Origin: Eledone cirrhosa
Lineage: Eukaryota
Reading direction: 5' to 3'
Assembly (NCBI GenBank): GCA_964016885.1
Contig: OZ024743.1
Location: 170,624,001-170,688,000 of the forward strand
Length of the DNA stretch: 64,000 nucleotides
The position numbers were made by a program, and so were the translations under genes. The notes beneath the pieces were generated by a model. That model was not told where the DNA came from and did no database searches. It saw nothing but the letters and a program-made list of their open reading frames with translations. Below are positions 63,135 to 64,000 of the stretch, one piece after another (positions within the stretch are counted from its first letter, which is position 1; each line of letters opens with the position of its first letter).

Positions 63135-64000
63135 TGCCAGTCTGTTGAATGGTTGAAAATATATAGTATTTTCTTAATATTTAGTATATATATACACACA
63201 CATACATACACACCAATACATACACATGTATGTGAACAGCAATAATCCTATTAAACAGTCCTGTCAGCTTTACAAACAAACAAATCAGTAAGATTCTAAC
63301 TTAAATAGAATAACTATTTTCAAAATTCCTGAAACACTTACTTCTTTGCTGTTTATATATATATATGGGTGTTGAGGGCGTATACAATTTTTTGTTTCAA
63401 GCACTAGCCTGTTTATCTGACCGTATAAACATAGACCTTCTGGTTTCATAAACATTTATGTACAGTTTATTCAGTAATAAATAAATTAAACAAACACATA
63501 TAAGAAGTGTATGTAGTAGCTTGCTTAAACAAGAGTTTAATTGTATGCTATGTGAGAATATTGAATATTGAATTTCTGTAGACTGGAAGTGTGTTACTAC
63601 TGAGTTTTTTCTTCTTTTTTTTAATGTTTTTTATCACTTAGTCAGTAGAAAAGGTGGCTACCATGACCCTTCAATTTTTTTCAAGGCCTCTAAGACTGGT
63701 GAGGATAGGAAATAAATTATCCTTAAACAAGAGACCCAGCTTCAATATTTGCAACAGAGTGGACAGTACTAAAGACATCAAAGGACCAACCAGGTGGTGG
63801 TGTTACACTGGGCAATGGATTAAGTCTACCACCCAAGTAATCAACAGCAGGATTTGAATTCAGAACATAAAGAACCGGAACAAACACTGCAACTCATTTC
63901 ATTTGATACTCTAACAACTGTATCAGTCTATTGCTATACTTTACTGATTGACCACAGAAAAATAAAAAAGCAAAGTTGACTGGTACTTTATATATCAATT

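Noticed and set aside
60098-64000. Further START-domain exons
   Set aside because: No LWD..L or RDY/F..LR-type coding segment with splice sites was recognised. They are presumably beyond the window.

Overview
This is eukaryotic, AT-rich, transposon-dense DNA. The repeat content (RTE LINEs with (GAT)n tails, tRNA-derived SINEs, many (TA)n tracts) suggests an octopus or related cephalopod, which is an inference. The whole window lies inside one + strand gene, a DLC1/STARD13/crossveinless-c family RhoGAP-START gene. Six coding exons were read with GT-AG boundaries and matching phases (26309-26730, 33970-34095, 53386-53516, 55307-55495, 57864-57998, 59807-59964), covering the RhoGAP domain and the start of the START domain. 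The gene extends beyond both window ends. The introns are filled with decayed RTE, CR1, Tx1-like, R4/Dong-like and Penelope-like retroelements, SINEs and a hAT-type MITE. Five observations stand out: (i) each successive exon pair is bracketed by a highly similar inverted TE pair; (ii) five unrelated long hairpin elements, mostly anchored in (TA)n, share one architecture, and one carries a tRNA-like cloverleaf with a T5 terminator; (iii) a decayed minimal type I hammerhead ribozyme; (iv) SINEs with the same head but 3' tails from different RTE families; (v) a nest of elements built on (TAA)n. Transposon boundaries are approximate and read by eye.
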